Shown: positions 32,557 through 43,281, counted from the first letter of the stretch. The stretch is 64,000 nucleotides of DNA from Bdellovibrionota bacterium (GCA_050952645.1 JBMNLI010000010.1:1-64000); one strand, 5' to 3'. The notes: generated by a model from the sequence alone, not told the origin. Program-made: numbers and translations.

Positions 32557-33780
32557 ATGCGTAGAGTAGTCGTTACAGGTATGGGGTTAGTAAGTGCATT
32601 AGGTCTAGATGTAGCTTCTTCGTTTAAAAGATTACATACATACAAAAATGAGGTTGTAAACCTAAGTGAGTTAAAAAAATTTAAAGGTTTAAATGCAAAT
32701 TTAGCATCGGTAATAAAAGATTTTAACCCTCCTAAAGATTTAACTAGAAAAGATTTACGCACCATGGGTCCCGTTTCAGTTTTGGCCGTAGTCGCTTCAA
32801 AAGAAGCTTTAAAACAAGCAAAACTAGAAGATAGTGAAGAAATAACTAACGGAAAAACTGGAGTTGCTTATGGTTCTTCTTTTGGTTCAGTCGAGCCGTT
32901 TCTCGATTTTTATAATATGATAGTAACTTGCGAGGTTTCAACCATCACATCTTCTAGTTATATAAAACTAATGCCTCAAACAGCAGCAGTTAATTTATCG
33001 CTATACTTTAAAACTACTGGAAGAATTATCCCTACAAATACGGCTTGCACCTCAGGAAGTCTTTCGATAGGTTATTCTTATGAAGCGATAAAAAGAGGCG
33101 ACCAAGATATAATGATAGCAGGTGGAGCTGAAGAATTTAGCCCGACACAAGTGGCAATTTTTGACACTATGTTTGCTACTAGCACTAAAAACGATGCGCC
33201 CTCTCTAACCCCTGCCCCATTCGATAAAGACAGAGACGGGCTAGTTATAGGAGAAGGAGCAGGGACTCTTATTTTAGAAGAATACGAACATGCAAAGAAA
33301 AGAGGCGTGCCTATGTTTGCAGAGCTCGTAGGCTTTGGCACTAATACTGATGGAACTCATATCACTCAGCCTACTTATAAAACTATGAAAATTTGCATGG
33401 AGCAAGCTTTAAAATCGGCAAACTTAAAATCTTCAAACATTGGCTATATAAACGCACACGGGACGGCTACTGCTCGAGGAGATATTGCTGAAACGACGGC
33501 AACAAGAGAGCTTTTTGGGGAAAGCACTCCTATAAGTTCGCTTAAAAGCTATGTTGGGCACACGCTTGGCGCTTGTGGAGCCTTAGAAGCGATATGGACT
33601 ATTATGATGATGAATAATAACTGGTTTGCTCCGACACTAAACTTAAATACTCTAGATGAAAATTGTGGCAAACTCGATTATATTATGGGTGAGGCTAGAA
33701 ATATTCAAACGGATTATGTAATGTCGAACAATTTTGCTTTTGGTGGTATTAACACATCGCTAGTGTTTAAAAAAATTTAA
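32557..33780 (+). CDS. Beta-ketoacyl-ACP synthase (ApeR-like)
   Basis: TACTSGS, NAHGTAT, KSYVGHTLGA, SNNFAFGG. Confidence 0.93.
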   Translation: MRRVVVTGMGLVSALGLDVASSFKRLHTYKNEVVNLSELKKFKGLNANLASVIKDFNPPKDLTRKDLRTMGPVSVLAVVASKEALKQAKLEDSEEITNGKTGVAYGSSFGSVEPFLDFYNMIVTCEVSTITSSSYIKLMPQTAAVNLSLYFKTTGRIIPTNTACTSGSLSIGYSYEAIKRGDQDIMIAGGAEEFSPTQVAIFDTMFATSTKNDAPSLTPAPFDKDRDGLVIGEGAGTLILEEYEHAKKRGVPMFAELVGFGTNTDGTHITQPTYKTMKICMEQALKSANLKSSNIGYINAHGTATARGDIAETTATRELFGESTPISSLKSYVGHTLGACGALEAIWTIMMMNNNWFAPTLNLNTLDENCGKLDYIMGEARNIQTDYVMSNNFAFGGINTSLVFKKI

Positions 33781-33827
33781 AACTCGAAATAAAATATTTA
33801 AAACAATTTATTCAGGAAAATATATTT

Positions 33828-34781
33828 ATGAAAATTTTTATAACAGGTATAGCAGGGTTTATCGGTTCTAATTTAGCAGAAAAATTAAATGCTTTAGGAG
33901 CTGATGTAGTAGGTGTCGATTCATTTGAAGATTACTATAATCCTAAATTTAAAAGGCATACTGCAAAAATATTAGAAAAACAGGGGATAAAAGTTTACGA
34001 ACTTAATTTATGTAGCGATGATTTAAGTAAAGCACTAGAAGACTCTAAGGTTATTTACCACATTGCAGCACAACCTGGCAATGATGCAAAGACGCCATTT
34101 GATAATTACGTAAAAAATAATATTTATGCTACTTACAATTTATTAAACCAAGTTAAAAATTTAAAGACTCTTAAATCTTTTATCAACATTGCCACTTCTT
34201 CAGTCTATGGATTTTACGCAACTAGTAGCGAAAGCGAAACGCCACTTCCAGTTTCTCCCTATGGGATAACTAAACTTGCCGCTGAACATCTAGTAATGTC
34301 AGAGCGTAGGAATAACGGCTTTCCTGCTTGTTCTTGTAGGTTGTTTTCAGTTTTTGGAAAAAGAGAAAGACCCGATAAGCTATATCCAAAGCTTATAAAA
34401 GCGCTCGATAACGACACTAAGTTTCCTTTATTTGATGGAAGTTTAGAACACACTAGAAGTTTTACTAATATTGAGGATATCGTAGATGGACTTATATTAG
34501 TATTAAATAAATGGGATAAAGCCGAAGGCGAAATTTTTAATTTAGGAACTGATGAGCAAAGCACGACTAAAGAGGGAATAGAGATTGCAGAAAAATTATT
34601 TAATAAGAAATTAAAAATCGACCTTCTTCCTAAACGCCTAGGAGACCAAATAGCAACGCATGCAAATATAAAAAAGATAAATGATATTTTAGGCTACACA
34701 CCAAAAGTGTCTTTAAAAGAAGGTTTAGAAAATATGATCCATTGGTATTTAAGTGAAGTTAAAGGTATTGTAGAGTATTAG
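33828..34781 (+). CDS. NAD-dependent NDP-sugar epimerase/dehydratase
   Basis: GIAGFIG, TSSVYG, YGITK, ERPD. Confidence 0.9.
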   Translation: MKIFITGIAGFIGSNLAEKLNALGADVVGVDSFEDYYNPKFKRHTAKILEKQGIKVYELNLCSDDLSKALEDSKVIYHIAAQPGNDAKTPFDNYVKNNIYATYNLLNQVKNLKTLKSFINIATSSVYGFYATSSESETPLPVSPYGITKLAAEHLVMSERRNNGFPACSCRLFSVFGKRERPDKLYPKLIKALDNDTKFPLFDGSLEHTRSFTNIEDIVDGLILVLNKWDKAEGEIFNLGTDEQSTTKEGIEIAEKLFNKKLKIDLLPKRLGDQIATHANIKKINDILGYTPKVSLKEGLENMIHWYLSEVKGIVEY

Positions 34782-34789
34782 GTTTTTTC

Positions 34790-34946
34790 GTTCTTTAACG
34801 TTTTAACTTAAACTTTTCCTTTATTTTTCACGTATACTATGTTTTTTAAGAGCTCAATACTTAAGGTCTAAGACTGGTATTTGTCGTTTCTTAGAGAGTG
34901 CGTATTTACGTTTGCTATTTTAACAATTTATATGAGTGTTTCTTAA
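34790..34946 (-). repeat. Repeat module B, copy 2, ending in a family-A-like terminus
   Basis: Reverse complement of 876-1006; GTTCTTTAACGTTTTA at 34790 resembles the family A end. Confidence 0.8.
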
Positions 34947-35040
34947 CTTTTCTTAAATTATTTTGAGTATGTTATAAAGTTAAAATTAAATTTTATACGT
35001 AAAATAAAGGAAAGTTTAAAATTAAATGCTATATTTTACC

Positions 35041-36408
35041 TTATCTACGAAATAATTTTCCACCTTTATGTCCGAAAGCTCCACTAATGCCTGCTTTTGA
35101 TTTAGTAGCTTTAGCCATAAACTCTTCATAATTTCTAGAAACTAAAATAGACTGTATTTGATTCATAGTATCTAAAACTACACCAACTACAATCAAAATC
35201 GATGTTCCACCAAATACATACGAGAAAGCCTCAAGACCTAATTGGGAATAGATAATCCTAGGCAATATACAAATAGCTGCTATATAAATACCCCCCCAAA
35301 AGGTAAGCTTATTTAATATATCAAAGAAAAAGTCTGCCGTCTCTTTCCCTGGCCTAACAGTAGGAATAAAACCACCGTTTTTTTGCATATTCTCAGCCAT
35401 TTCCTCGGGGTTAAACATCATGGCAGTAGCATAATAACAAAATATAAAAATCAAAATAGCAAAAACTATATTATACCATACATTGCTAGGATGAAGAAAA
35501 GATAAAAAATATTTAACTTTTTCATTAGTTACGAAACCAGCAATAGTTGCAGGTATCATTAATAATGAAGATGCGAAAATCGGAGGAATAACTCCAGCCA
35601 TATTAACTTTTAAAGGAATGTATTGAACTTGCTTTTGACTTACCATCGAATTATTTACCATACGTCTTGGATATTGAACTGGTATCTTTCTTGCCGATTT
35701 TTCAACAAATACTATTAAGAAAAACGTAGCAACACAAAATAGTATTCCTAATATTACTAAAAGAGGATTTACACTTCCTCTAGCAAGCGCAATAGTTTGC
35801 CCAAAAACTTGAGGCATTCTTGCTACGATACCTGCAAAAATAATTATACTAATTCCATTTCCTATCCCATGCTCCGTAATTTGCTCACCTAGCCACATTA
35901 TAAAAGCAGTCCCCGCCGTCAATGTAACCATAGTCAAAAATATAAATCCAATCCCAGGGGTTAAAACTAAATGGCTTTTCTGTAAACCTATCGCAATCAT
36001 ACAACTTTGAAATAGCGCTAAAACAACCGTTCCTTGCCTAGTCCATCTAGTAAGTATGCGACGCCCTGCCTCGCCCTCTTTCTTTAAAGCCGCTAGTGCT
36101 GGGAAGAGTGGAGTTATAAATTGTATAATAATAGAAACTGAAATATAAGGCATTATCCCTAAAGTAAATATAGAAAAGTTCTCAAACGAACCACCTGAAA
36201 ACATATTGAATAAATCGAAAATCGTTCCTGAGCTACCACTATCTCCAAACCCGAGTCTCGCTCTAAGAGTTGCAACATCTACCCCTGGCGTTGGAACGAA
36301 AACTCCAAACCTATAAACTACTAACATTAAAAGTGTAAAAATAAGCCTCTTTTTTAGTTCTGGAATACTCCCTTTTATAATATTACCCATACTATCTAAA
36401 CTTGACAT
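35041..36408 (-). CDS. secY: Preprotein translocase SecY
   Basis: SIFTLGIMPYI, WLGEQITEHGIGNGIS, AGVIPPIFA, GGTSILI. Confidence 0.99.
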   Translation of the reverse strand: MSSLDSMGNIIKGSIPELKKRLIFTLLMLVVYRFGVFVPTPGVDVATLRARLGFGDSGSSGTIFDLFNMFSGGSFENFSIFTLGIMPYISVSIIIQFITPLFPALAALKKEGEAGRRILTRWTRQGTVVLALFQSCMIAIGLQKSHLVLTPGIGFIFLTMVTLTAGTAFIMWLGEQITEHGIGNGISIIIFAGIVARMPQVFGQTIALARGSVNPLLVILGILFCVATFFLIVFVEKSARKIPVQYPRRMVNNSMVSQKQVQYIPLKVNMAGVIPPIFASSLLMIPATIAGFVTNEKVKYFLSFLHPSNVWYNIVFAILIFIFCYYATAMMFNPEEMAENMQKNGGFIPTVRPGKETADFFFDILNKLTFWGGIYIAAICILPRIIYSQLGLEAFSYVFGGTSILIVVGVVLDTMNQIQSILVSRNYEEFMAKATKSKAGISGAFGHKGGKLFRR

Positions 36409-36481
36409 ACACTATTTTCCTATATAAAACTAAACTCTATTTAGACTTTAAAAAAACAAATAAAAAACAAATCTAAAAAAC

Positions 36482-36547
36482 AAAAAAAGCCAATAAATAA
36501 ATCTTATAATTAAAAAATAACTTATAAAGATTTACTCATTGGCTTTT
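36482..36547 (-). terminator. Long hairpin with U-tract between rplO and secY
   Basis: AAAAGCCAATGAGTAAATCTT...AAGATTTATTTATTGGC followed by T7. Confidence 0.6.
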
Positions 36548-36599
36548 AACAATATCATAACAACCCAAACTTATAAATATAAAAAACTATAACTTAAAC

Positions 36600-37058
36600 T
36601 TATAATAACTCTACTACTCCACCAGCATCTTGAACTTTTTGAAGAGCAGATTTCGTTATAGCATTAATTCTTATAGTTAATTTCTTAGTAAGTCCACCAC
36701 AACCAAGAAGCTTAAACCCAGCTTTTTGTTTAGGTGAACACTTAAATCCCATTTTATATAATAACTCAGCATCTACAACTGTGCCATCTTCTAAAGCTTC
36801 TAAATCACCACACTTAACTAATGAATACTTGTTTATGCCACAAGCTTGTTTCCTAGATATGAAACCAATATCAGGGATTCTCCTATATAAAGGCATTTGA
36901 CCGCCTTCAAATATTGGGGAAATATTGCCGCCTGAACGAGCTCCTTGTCCCTTTTCTCCTCTTGCGCTCGTGCGACCGTAGCCTGAACCATTACCACGCC
37001 CTAGTCTCTTTCTATTTTTTCTTGCTCTTTTATTTCCTTTTAAATTACTTAAATCCAT
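36600..37058 (-). CDS. rplO: 50S ribosomal protein uL15
   Basis: GRGNGSG, FEGGQMPLYRR. Confidence 0.98.
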   Translation of the reverse strand: MDLSNLKGNKRARKNRKRLGRGNGSGYGRTSARGEKGQGARSGGNISPIFEGGQMPLYRRIPDIGFISRKQACGINKYSLVKCGDLEALEDGTVVDAELLYKMGFKCSPKQKAGFKLLGCGGLTKKLTIRINAITKSALQKVQDAGGVVELL

Positions 37059-37113
37059 TAACGACTCTCCCTAAAATCAAACTTAAAATTTTATGTTTAA
37101 ATAACTCTGTAAT

Positions 37114-37314
37114 TTATAATTTTTCAATAGAAACTAAATGTTCCACCCTATTTATCATACCATAAATACATTTATTAAACGTATGCTCTTTTTTACGACC
37201 CGTTCTACCTAAACCTAATGCATTTAAAGTAGCTAAAACTGGTTTAGTTCTTCTACCTGAGCCTCTTACTTGAGTAATAAGTATCTTATCTCCTTCTTTT
37301 AATTCCAATTTCAT
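37114..37314 (-). CDS. rpmD: 50S ribosomal protein uL30
   Basis: ITQVR...LNALGL...GMINRVEHLV; position. Confidence 0.92.
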   Translation of the reverse strand: MKLELKEGDKILITQVRGSGRRTKPVLATLNALGLGRTGRKKEHTFNKCIYGMINRVEHLVSIEKL

Positions 37315-37421
37315 ATAACTTACACGCTCCCTAATAACTTTCTATAAATTAATTTTCTATAAATCTATATAAAACAAACTAAAAACAAAAACTAACAAGC
37401 TTGAATTAGTAACACTCAAGT

Positions 37422-37961
37422 TTAATAAGCTTGATAGTCTAATTCTTCTATGGTTTTTCCTCTCAATTTTGCTATATCTTCAGGCTCATCTAAGTTTAAT
37501 AAACCATTTAATGTAGCTTGTAAAATATTTTGTGCCGAATTACTACCTATACACTTAGTTCTAATATCTTGTATACCTACAGATTCCACGATAGCACGAA
37601 CTGAAGCACTCGCTATAACCCCCGTTCCTGGATTTGCTGGCTTTAATACTACTTTTGCAGAACCAAACGTTCCTACTATATCATGAGGAATAGTCATCCC
37701 TCTTAAAGGAATTTTAACGATATTCTTTCTTGCAGCATCTGAAGCTTTCTTTATCGCCTCAGGAACCTCAGCGGCTTTTCCTAATCCAAAACCTACATGT
37801 CCCTGTCCATCACCCGTAACTACGATAGCACTAAAACTAAAACGACGCCCACCACTTACTACTTTTGCAACACGGCTCACCGCAACAGTCTTATCCGTTA
37901 GCTCTCCACACGCCGCCATTGGCACTCTTTTTGTCTGTATCAACTTAGCAATAGAACTCAT
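37422..37961 (-). CDS. rpsE: 30S ribosomal protein uS5
   Basis: [20 protein letters not shown]. Confidence 0.98.
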   Translation of the reverse strand: MSSIAKLIQTKRVPMAACGELTDKTVAVSRVAKVVSGGRRFSFSAIVVTGDGQGHVGFGLGKAAEVPEAIKKASDAARKNIVKIPLRGMTIPHDIVGTFGSAKVVLKPANPGTGVIASASVRAIVESVGIQDIRTKCIGSNSAQNILQATLNGLLNLDEPEDIAKLRGKTIEELDYQAY

Positions 37962-37995
37962 ACTCTTTTTTATCCTTTAATAAAATAAACTATTC

Positions 37996-38406
37996 TTAAA
38001 TTTGCATTCCGCCAGCTCTTAACCCCTCGGCTAAAGCTTTTACTCTACCCGTATAAACATACCCATTTCTATCAAAAACTATATTATTTATATTCTTCTC
38101 TTTAGCTTTTTTAGCAAGAACTTGTCCTAAATTAAAAGCAGCACGAATACTCTTAGAACTTTTTGAAGAGTTTATAACTACATCACCCTCAATTTTATCT
38201 ACTCCTTGCATAACACCTTTATCTCTAGTAGAAGCACTTAACAATGTTTTTCCATCGGTATCTGAAATTATTTGTGCATAAGTATATTTAGAACTTTTAA
38301 AAACACTTACTCTAGGTCTTTCATTCGTTCCAGAAATAATTTTTCTAATTCTAAGCTTACATCTTTGTCTTGGAGTCAACTTTTCTTTTTTACTCTTTAT
38401 AGCCAT
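37996..38406 (-). CDS. rplR: 50S ribosomal protein uL18
   Basis: RPRVSVFKS, VFDRNGY..TGRVKALA. Confidence 0.97.
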   Translation of the reverse strand: MAIKSKKEKLTPRQRCKLRIRKIISGTNERPRVSVFKSSKYTYAQIISDTDGKTLLSASTRDKGVMQGVDKIEGDVVINSSKSSKSIRAAFNLGQVLAKKAKEKNINNIVFDRNGYVYTGRVKALAEGLRAGGMQI

Positions 38407-38492
38407 TTTATTTTCCTTAAATCAAATTATCTTAATTATAAATATTATATATAAAATACATTAAATAATTTTTAAAAACTTTAATTTCTATC

Positions 38493-39023
38493 TTACTTCT
38501 TACCAGTCTTACCAGCTTTCCTACGCACATACTCACCTTTATATCTTATTCCCTTACCCAAATACGGCTCAGGCGGTGCAACCTTTCTAACTTTTGAAGC
38601 AAAATTACCTAAAAGCTGTTTATCGATAGACTCTAAAGTGATATCAGTCTTACTAGCAGTGCAAGTAATCATAGCAGGAACAGGAATCTTCACTTCATGA
38701 GAAAATCCAACTGATAAACAAATCGTATTACCATCCATTCGGACAGTATAACCAACACCTTGAAGCTCAAGCTCTTTTTTCCAAGGCGTCACTACGCCTT
38801 GCACCATGTTATGAAGGTTCGACCTAGTAGTGCCATATAAAGCCTTATACTCTTCTCCTAAACTAGATACGATTAAATAATCGCCATCTTGCTTTACCTC
38901 AACACCAGAAGCACATTCATAACTTAAAGTTCCTTTAGGTCCAGTAATAGAAACGATATTTCCATCTATTTTAGCTTTAACACTAGAACCCAAACTAATC
39001 GGCTGTTTTCCTATTCTTGACAT
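38493..39023 (-). CDS. rplF: 50S ribosomal protein uL6
   Basis: MSRIGK, PEPYLGKGIRY. Confidence 0.98.
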   Translation of the reverse strand: MSRIGKQPISLGSSVKAKIDGNIVSITGPKGTLSYECASGVEVKQDGDYLIVSSLGEEYKALYGTTRSNLHNMVQGVVTPWKKELELQGVGYTVRMDGNTICLSVGFSHEVKIPVPAMITCTASKTDITLESIDKQLLGNFASKVRKVAPPEPYLGKGIRYKGEYVRRKAGKTGKK

Positions 39024-39102
39024 TTAACACCTTAAATTAAAAAAAACTAATCAACAAATATTAGTAAACTATTATAAATAAACTATACTAATAAACACGA
39101 TA

Positions 39103-39504
39103 CTAATAAACGTAAGCTAAAATCTCACCACCAATTCCTTTTTGGCGAGATTCAACATCGGATATCACCCCTTCTGAGGTAGACACGATAGCCATCCCTA
39201 GTCCACAATGAACTTTAGGAATATTATTAGCTTTTGCATATACTCTACGCCCAGATTTACTTACTCTTTTGCAATCTTTAATAGCAGGTCTACCCGTTTC
39301 AGAATATTTTAACTCAACCTCATATTCATCAAATTTACCATTCTTATCTTTCTTTGTAGTAAATTCCTTTATAAAGCCTTCCTTAGCTAACAACTCTAAA
39401 ATGCTTTTAGCAACCTTAGAAGCACGTATTCTAACGGTTTTATGCTGTCTAGAGTGAGCATTTTTTATTCTTATTAACAAGTCTGCAATCGGATCTATTA
39501 TCAT
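39103..39504 (-). CDS. rpsH: 30S ribosomal protein uS8
   Basis: DPIADLL.RIKNA, SKSGRRVY, GGEIL. Confidence 0.98.
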   Translation of the reverse strand: MIIDPIADLLIRIKNAHSRQHKTVRIRASKVAKSILELLAKEGFIKEFTTKKDKNGKFDEYEVELKYSETGRPAIKDCKRVSKSGRRVYAKANNIPKVHCGLGMAIVSTSEGVISDVESRQKGIGGEILAYVY

Positions 39505-39535
39505 TTTAACATTCTCTATATAAATAAATTTTAAA

Positions 39536-39721
39536 TTACCAACTAGCCTTAGTTACACCTGGAAGCATTCCTTGGTGTGCTAATTCTCTTAAACAAATAC
39601 GACATAGTTTAAATTTTCTGTAAACAGAACGTGGTCTACCACATCTTTGACAACGTGTATATTCACGCACTTCAAATCTCTGTTTTTTATTACATTTTTC
39701 TATAAGCGATTTCTTTGCCAC
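39536..39721 (-). CDS. rpsN: 30S ribosomal protein uS14, zinc-binding short type
   Basis: CQRCGRPR...[15 protein letters not shown] start. Confidence 0.97.
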   Translation of the reverse strand: MAKKSLIEKCNKKQRFEVREYTRCQRCGRPRSVYRKFKLCRICLRELAHQGMLPGVTKASW

Positions 39722-39797
39722 TTTATATCTCCATTTTTGGCTAAATTAAAAAAAATACCTTTAACGTAAAAAATCTAAAAACATCTAAAAACAAAGA

Positions 39798-40349
39798 CTA
39801 ATTACGAAAAGGCAAACCCATAAGTTGTAAAAGCATTAAAGCTTCTTCATTCGTTTTAGCGGTAGTAACAAAAGTTATATCCATACCTCTAATTTTATCT
39901 AGCTTTTCAACCTCTATCTCAGGAAAAACTATTTGTTCTTTTATACCTAAATTATAATTACCTCTGCCATCGAAAGACCTCTTAGATAACCCTCTGAAGT
40001 CGCGAACTCGAGGTAGTGCAATCGAAACTAGGCGATCAAAAAAATTGTTCATTCTTGACCTTCTTAAAGTTACCATGCAACCGATAGGATAGCCTTCTCT
40101 TAATTTAAAATTAGAGATCGACTTTCTAGCTTTAGTAACTACTATCTTTTGTCCCGAAATTCTTTCCATAGCATACTTAGCATGCTCTAGAGCTTTCGAG
40201 TTGTGTACAGCCTCGCCAACTCCAGAACTTAAAACTATTTTTTTCAACCTTGGAACTTCCATAATCGATGAATAATTAAACTCTTTCATCAATGCTGGCA
40301 CCACTTCGGTTTTATACTTTTGCTCTATTCTATCCATTTTTAACCCCAC
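39798..40349 (-). CDS. rplE: 50S ribosomal protein uL5
   Basis: [25 protein letters not shown]. Confidence 0.98.
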   Translation of the reverse strand: MGLKMDRIEQKYKTEVVPALMKEFNYSSIMEVPRLKKIVLSSGVGEAVHNSKALEHAKYAMERISGQKIVVTKARKSISNFKLREGYPIGCMVTLRRSRMNNFFDRLVSIALPRVRDFRGLSKRSFDGRGNYNLGIKEQIVFPEIEVEKLDKIRGMDITFVTTAKTNEEALMLLQLMGLPFRN

Positions 40350-40460
40350 ACTTTAATTTCTAATTTAATTTATATTTTAATTTCTAATTTTTATTCTTTT
40401 TCTAATTCTAATCTTTACTTTAAATTTAGTTTAAATTTTTATTTATAAAAAACACTTAAA

Positions 40461-40820
40461 TTAAATTTGCACGAACTCTTTAGACTCACGATCTATATAC
40501 CCTCTTACCTTTGTACCATCTGCTAATATTTTTTTACAAAGTCTTACGGGGCGAGCTGCCTTGTCTGCATAATACATAACGTTAGAAATATGAATAGGTC
40601 CTTCCTTAACTACTCTTTGCGTAGGTTCATTAGCACTTCTAGCTTTTTGGTGTCTCGCTATAAAGTTTATCCCCTCGACTAACACTCTATCCTTACCTAC
40701 AAATTTTAATATTTTACCGATTTTTCCTTTATTATTTCTTTTTTCGCCACTTCCCCCAGCAATAACCATTACGCTATCGCCTACCTTTAGTGATGTTTTT
40801 ATTCTTTTTGTTAATGCCAT
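40461..40820 (-). CDS. rplX: 50S ribosomal protein uL24
   Basis: KOW GDSV.VIAG, EGPIHISNV. Confidence 0.96.
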   Translation of the reverse strand: MALTKRIKTSLKVGDSVMVIAGGSGEKRNNKGKIGKILKFVGKDRVLVEGINFIARHQKARSANEPTQRVVKEGPIHISNVMYYADKAARPVRLCKKILADGTKVRGYIDRESKEFVQI

Positions 40821-40866
40821 CTTATAATCCTTTAAAACTTTTAGATCATATAAGTTAAATTAAATA

Positions 40867-41238
40867 TTACAAAACTTCTGGTGCTAAAGAAATTATTTTC
40901 ATAAATTTTTTAGCACGAAGCTCTCTTGCAACTGGTCCAAATATACGAGTACCAAGAGGTTCATTCGTTTTCTTATCTACTAGCACTGCTGCGCTATCAT
41001 CAAACTTAATATACGACCCATCAGGTCTTTTAACTTCTTGACTAACTCTTACTATAACCGCTCTTTGAATAGTTCCTTTCTTTATTTTAGTATTCGGCAT
41101 AGCCTCTTTAACTGAAACTGCTACCACATCTCCTATCGTAGCATAGCGTCTCTTAGAGCCACCTAATACTTTTATACAAACAAGCTTTTTTGCACCAGAA
41201 TTATCAGCAACGTTTAATTTAGAATTTACTTGTATCAT
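40867..41238 (-). CDS. rplN: 50S ribosomal protein uL14
   Basis: [21 protein letters not shown]. Confidence 0.99.
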   Translation of the reverse strand: MIQVNSKLNVADNSGAKKLVCIKVLGGSKRRYATIGDVVAVSVKEAMPNTKIKKGTIQRAVIVRVSQEVKRPDGSYIKFDDSAAVLVDKKTNEPLGTRIFGPVARELRAKKFMKIISLAPEVL

Positions 41239-41289
41239 TATAATATACCCTTTATATACTTTTATATTTATATACTTTTATATATTTTC

Positions 41290-41583
41290 TTATTCTGCCC
41301 TAGTTAAAATTTCTTGCACTGCCCAACGTTTTCTTCTACTTAACGGTCTAGTTTCTACAATTTTTACAGTATCACCAATATTGCAAGCATTATCCTTATC
41401 GTGTGCTAAATACTTTACCGTTCTTTTAACATACTTTCCATACGGCTCAACCTTAGTATGTTCAGTAATGGAAACTGTAATGGTTTTATCCATCTTATCG
41501 CTAATCACAGTGCCTATACGAAGCTTTCTCTTTCCTCTTTTTTGTGCAGATACGTTTTTGTCTGATATATTTTCTTGTGTCAT
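41290..41583 (-). CDS. rpsQ: 30S ribosomal protein uS17
   Basis: SDKMDKT, ETRPLSRRKRW. Confidence 0.98.
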   Translation of the reverse strand: MTQENISDKNVSAQKRGKRKLRIGTVISDKMDKTITVSITEHTKVEPYGKYVKRTVKYLAHDKDNACNIGDTVKIVETRPLSRRKRWAVQEILTRAE

Positions 41584-41617
41584 ATTAATTTCCTAAAAAT
41601 TTTTATATATTATTTAT

Positions 41618-41827
41618 TTACTTTACTTCTAGTTTTTTCTTAGCTAAAACCGTTTTAACCCTAGCTAGATTTTTTTTAGCTAAAGAAACCAAATGACTTT
41701 TATCTAGTTGCCCAGTAGCAATGCGAAATCTATATTTCATAATTTCTTCTCTTAACAATTTTTCTCTTTCATTAAGAGCTACTACATCTAAACTTTCAAG
41801 CTCTTTAAGATAATCTGTATTTTTCAT
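41618..41827 (-). CDS. rpmC: 50S ribosomal protein uL29
   Basis: RFRIATGQL...KKNLARVKT; position. Confidence 0.93.
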   Translation of the reverse strand: MKNTDYLKELESLDVVALNEREKLLREEIMKYRFRIATGQLDKSHLVSLAKKNLARVKTVLAKKKLEVK

Positions 41828-41854
41828 TTAAATTCCCCTATTATAATTTCTCTA

Positions 41855-42280
41855 TTATAAAAGACTTCCACTTCGTGAAACGATTTTACACCTTAAAGGC
41901 ATCTTAGCGGCAGCTCTCGTTAAAGCACCAAAGGCTACTTCCTTAGAAACTCCAGTCACTTCATACAAAAGCTTCCCAGCTCTAACCTCAGCAACCCACT
42001 GCTCAGGAGCCCCTTTACCTTTACCCATACGAACCTCAGCAGGCTTAGATGTTAAAGGCTTATCTGGAAATATTTTTATCCAAAGCTTTCCACCACGTCT
42101 CATATGACGGTTAACTGCTACCCTTCCAGCCTCTATTTGTCTAGCTGAAACCCAACCAGACTCTAAAGCTCTTAATCCATAATCTCCGAAGCTAAGTTCA
42201 CACCCACGAGTTTCAGTTCCTCTTAAGTGGCTAACTTTCTTCATCTGCTTTCTATATTTTGGTTTTTTTGGCAGTAACAT
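41855..42280 (-). CDS. rplP: 50S ribosomal protein uL16
   Basis: RQIEAGR, IFPDKP, RMGKGKG. Confidence 0.98.
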   Translation of the reverse strand: MLLPKKPKYRKQMKKVSHLRGTETRGCELSFGDYGLRALESGWVSARQIEAGRVAVNRHMRRGGKLWIKIFPDKPLTSKPAEVRMGKGKGAPEQWVAEVRAGKLLYEVTGVSKEVAFGALTRAAAKMPLRCKIVSRSGSLL

Positions 42281-42430
42281 AATATATAAATCCCAAAAAA
42301 TTAGCGTAAAATTTTGTAAAAATTAAACTTAATAAAAATAATATATTTTTATTACAGCTTCAAGAGCTTACAACAAATCTTACACATAATAAATTATATT
42401 AAACAATAAAATAAACTATAAAATTAGAAG

Positions 42431-43093
42431 CTATAACTGCATAGCTTCAACTGGAGCTTGTTCAGATTTAGAATATTTCACACCTTTAAAAATCCAAACT
42501 TTAATTCCAATAACACCATAAGTCGTGTTCGCTCTTGCCGTAGCATAATCGATTTCAGCCCTTAATGTGTGCAAAGGAATTCTCCCTTCTTTATATTGCT
42601 CAGTTCTAGCGATATCTGCACCATTTAAACGACCACCAACTGAAATTTTTATCCCCTCAGCTCCCATTCTCATAGCCTTATTAACAGCATCTTTTGCAAC
42701 TTTTCTATAATTAGCACGTTTTTCTAATTGGTAAGCCACACTCTCTGCTACTAACTTAGCATCCATATCAGGCTTTCTAGCTTCAATAATATTTAGCACT
42801 ACATCTTTTCCAACTATCTTTTTTAGATGTTTTCTAAGATCATCTATATCTTTACCTTTCTTACCTATTACTAGCCCAGGCTTAGCACTATGAATATTAA
42901 GCTTTATTCTTGCTACGGTTCTTTCAATTTCAATCTTAGAAATACCTGCAGTATGTAATTTTAACTTAACATAATTTCTGACTTTCTCGTCTTCTCCGAT
43001 AAACTTTGCCATATCATCAGCTGAAAACCATTTTGAAAGCCAACCTTCAATAATACCAAGTCTTAAGCCTTTTGGATGTACTTTTTGCCCCAT
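42431..43093 (-). CDS. rpsC: 30S ribosomal protein uS3
   Basis: MGQKVHP.GLRLG, GRIPLHTLRA. Confidence 0.99.
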   Translation of the reverse strand: MGQKVHPKGLRLGIIEGWLSKWFSADDMAKFIGEDEKVRNYVKLKLHTAGISKIEIERTVARIKLNIHSAKPGLVIGKKGKDIDDLRKHLKKIVGKDVVLNIIEARKPDMDAKLVAESVAYQLEKRANYRKVAKDAVNKAMRMGAEGIKISVGGRLNGADIARTEQYKEGRIPLHTLRAEIDYATARANTTYGVIGIKVWIFKGVKYSKSEQAPVEAMQL

Positions 43094-43281
43094 GTATTTT
43101 TTTCCTATACAATTTCTAACTTTCTATTTTAAACTTAAATTTATTTTTAAATTTGTTTTTACAAAAACAAAAAGCTAGAATAAATTATTTATATACTAAA
43201 GTGAAAAATTAAATTTAAATTTATCACTAACTAACTAAAAACCTACTAAAAACTAAGTCGAGCCTAAACTTAAACTAAACT

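Noticed and set aside
29929..33780. KS/FabG genes as the primary fatty-acid synthesis operon
   Set aside because: No fabD, fabH or plsX; the O-P-Q-R order plus chain-length factor, twin ACPs, MMPL and LolA match APE-type clusters
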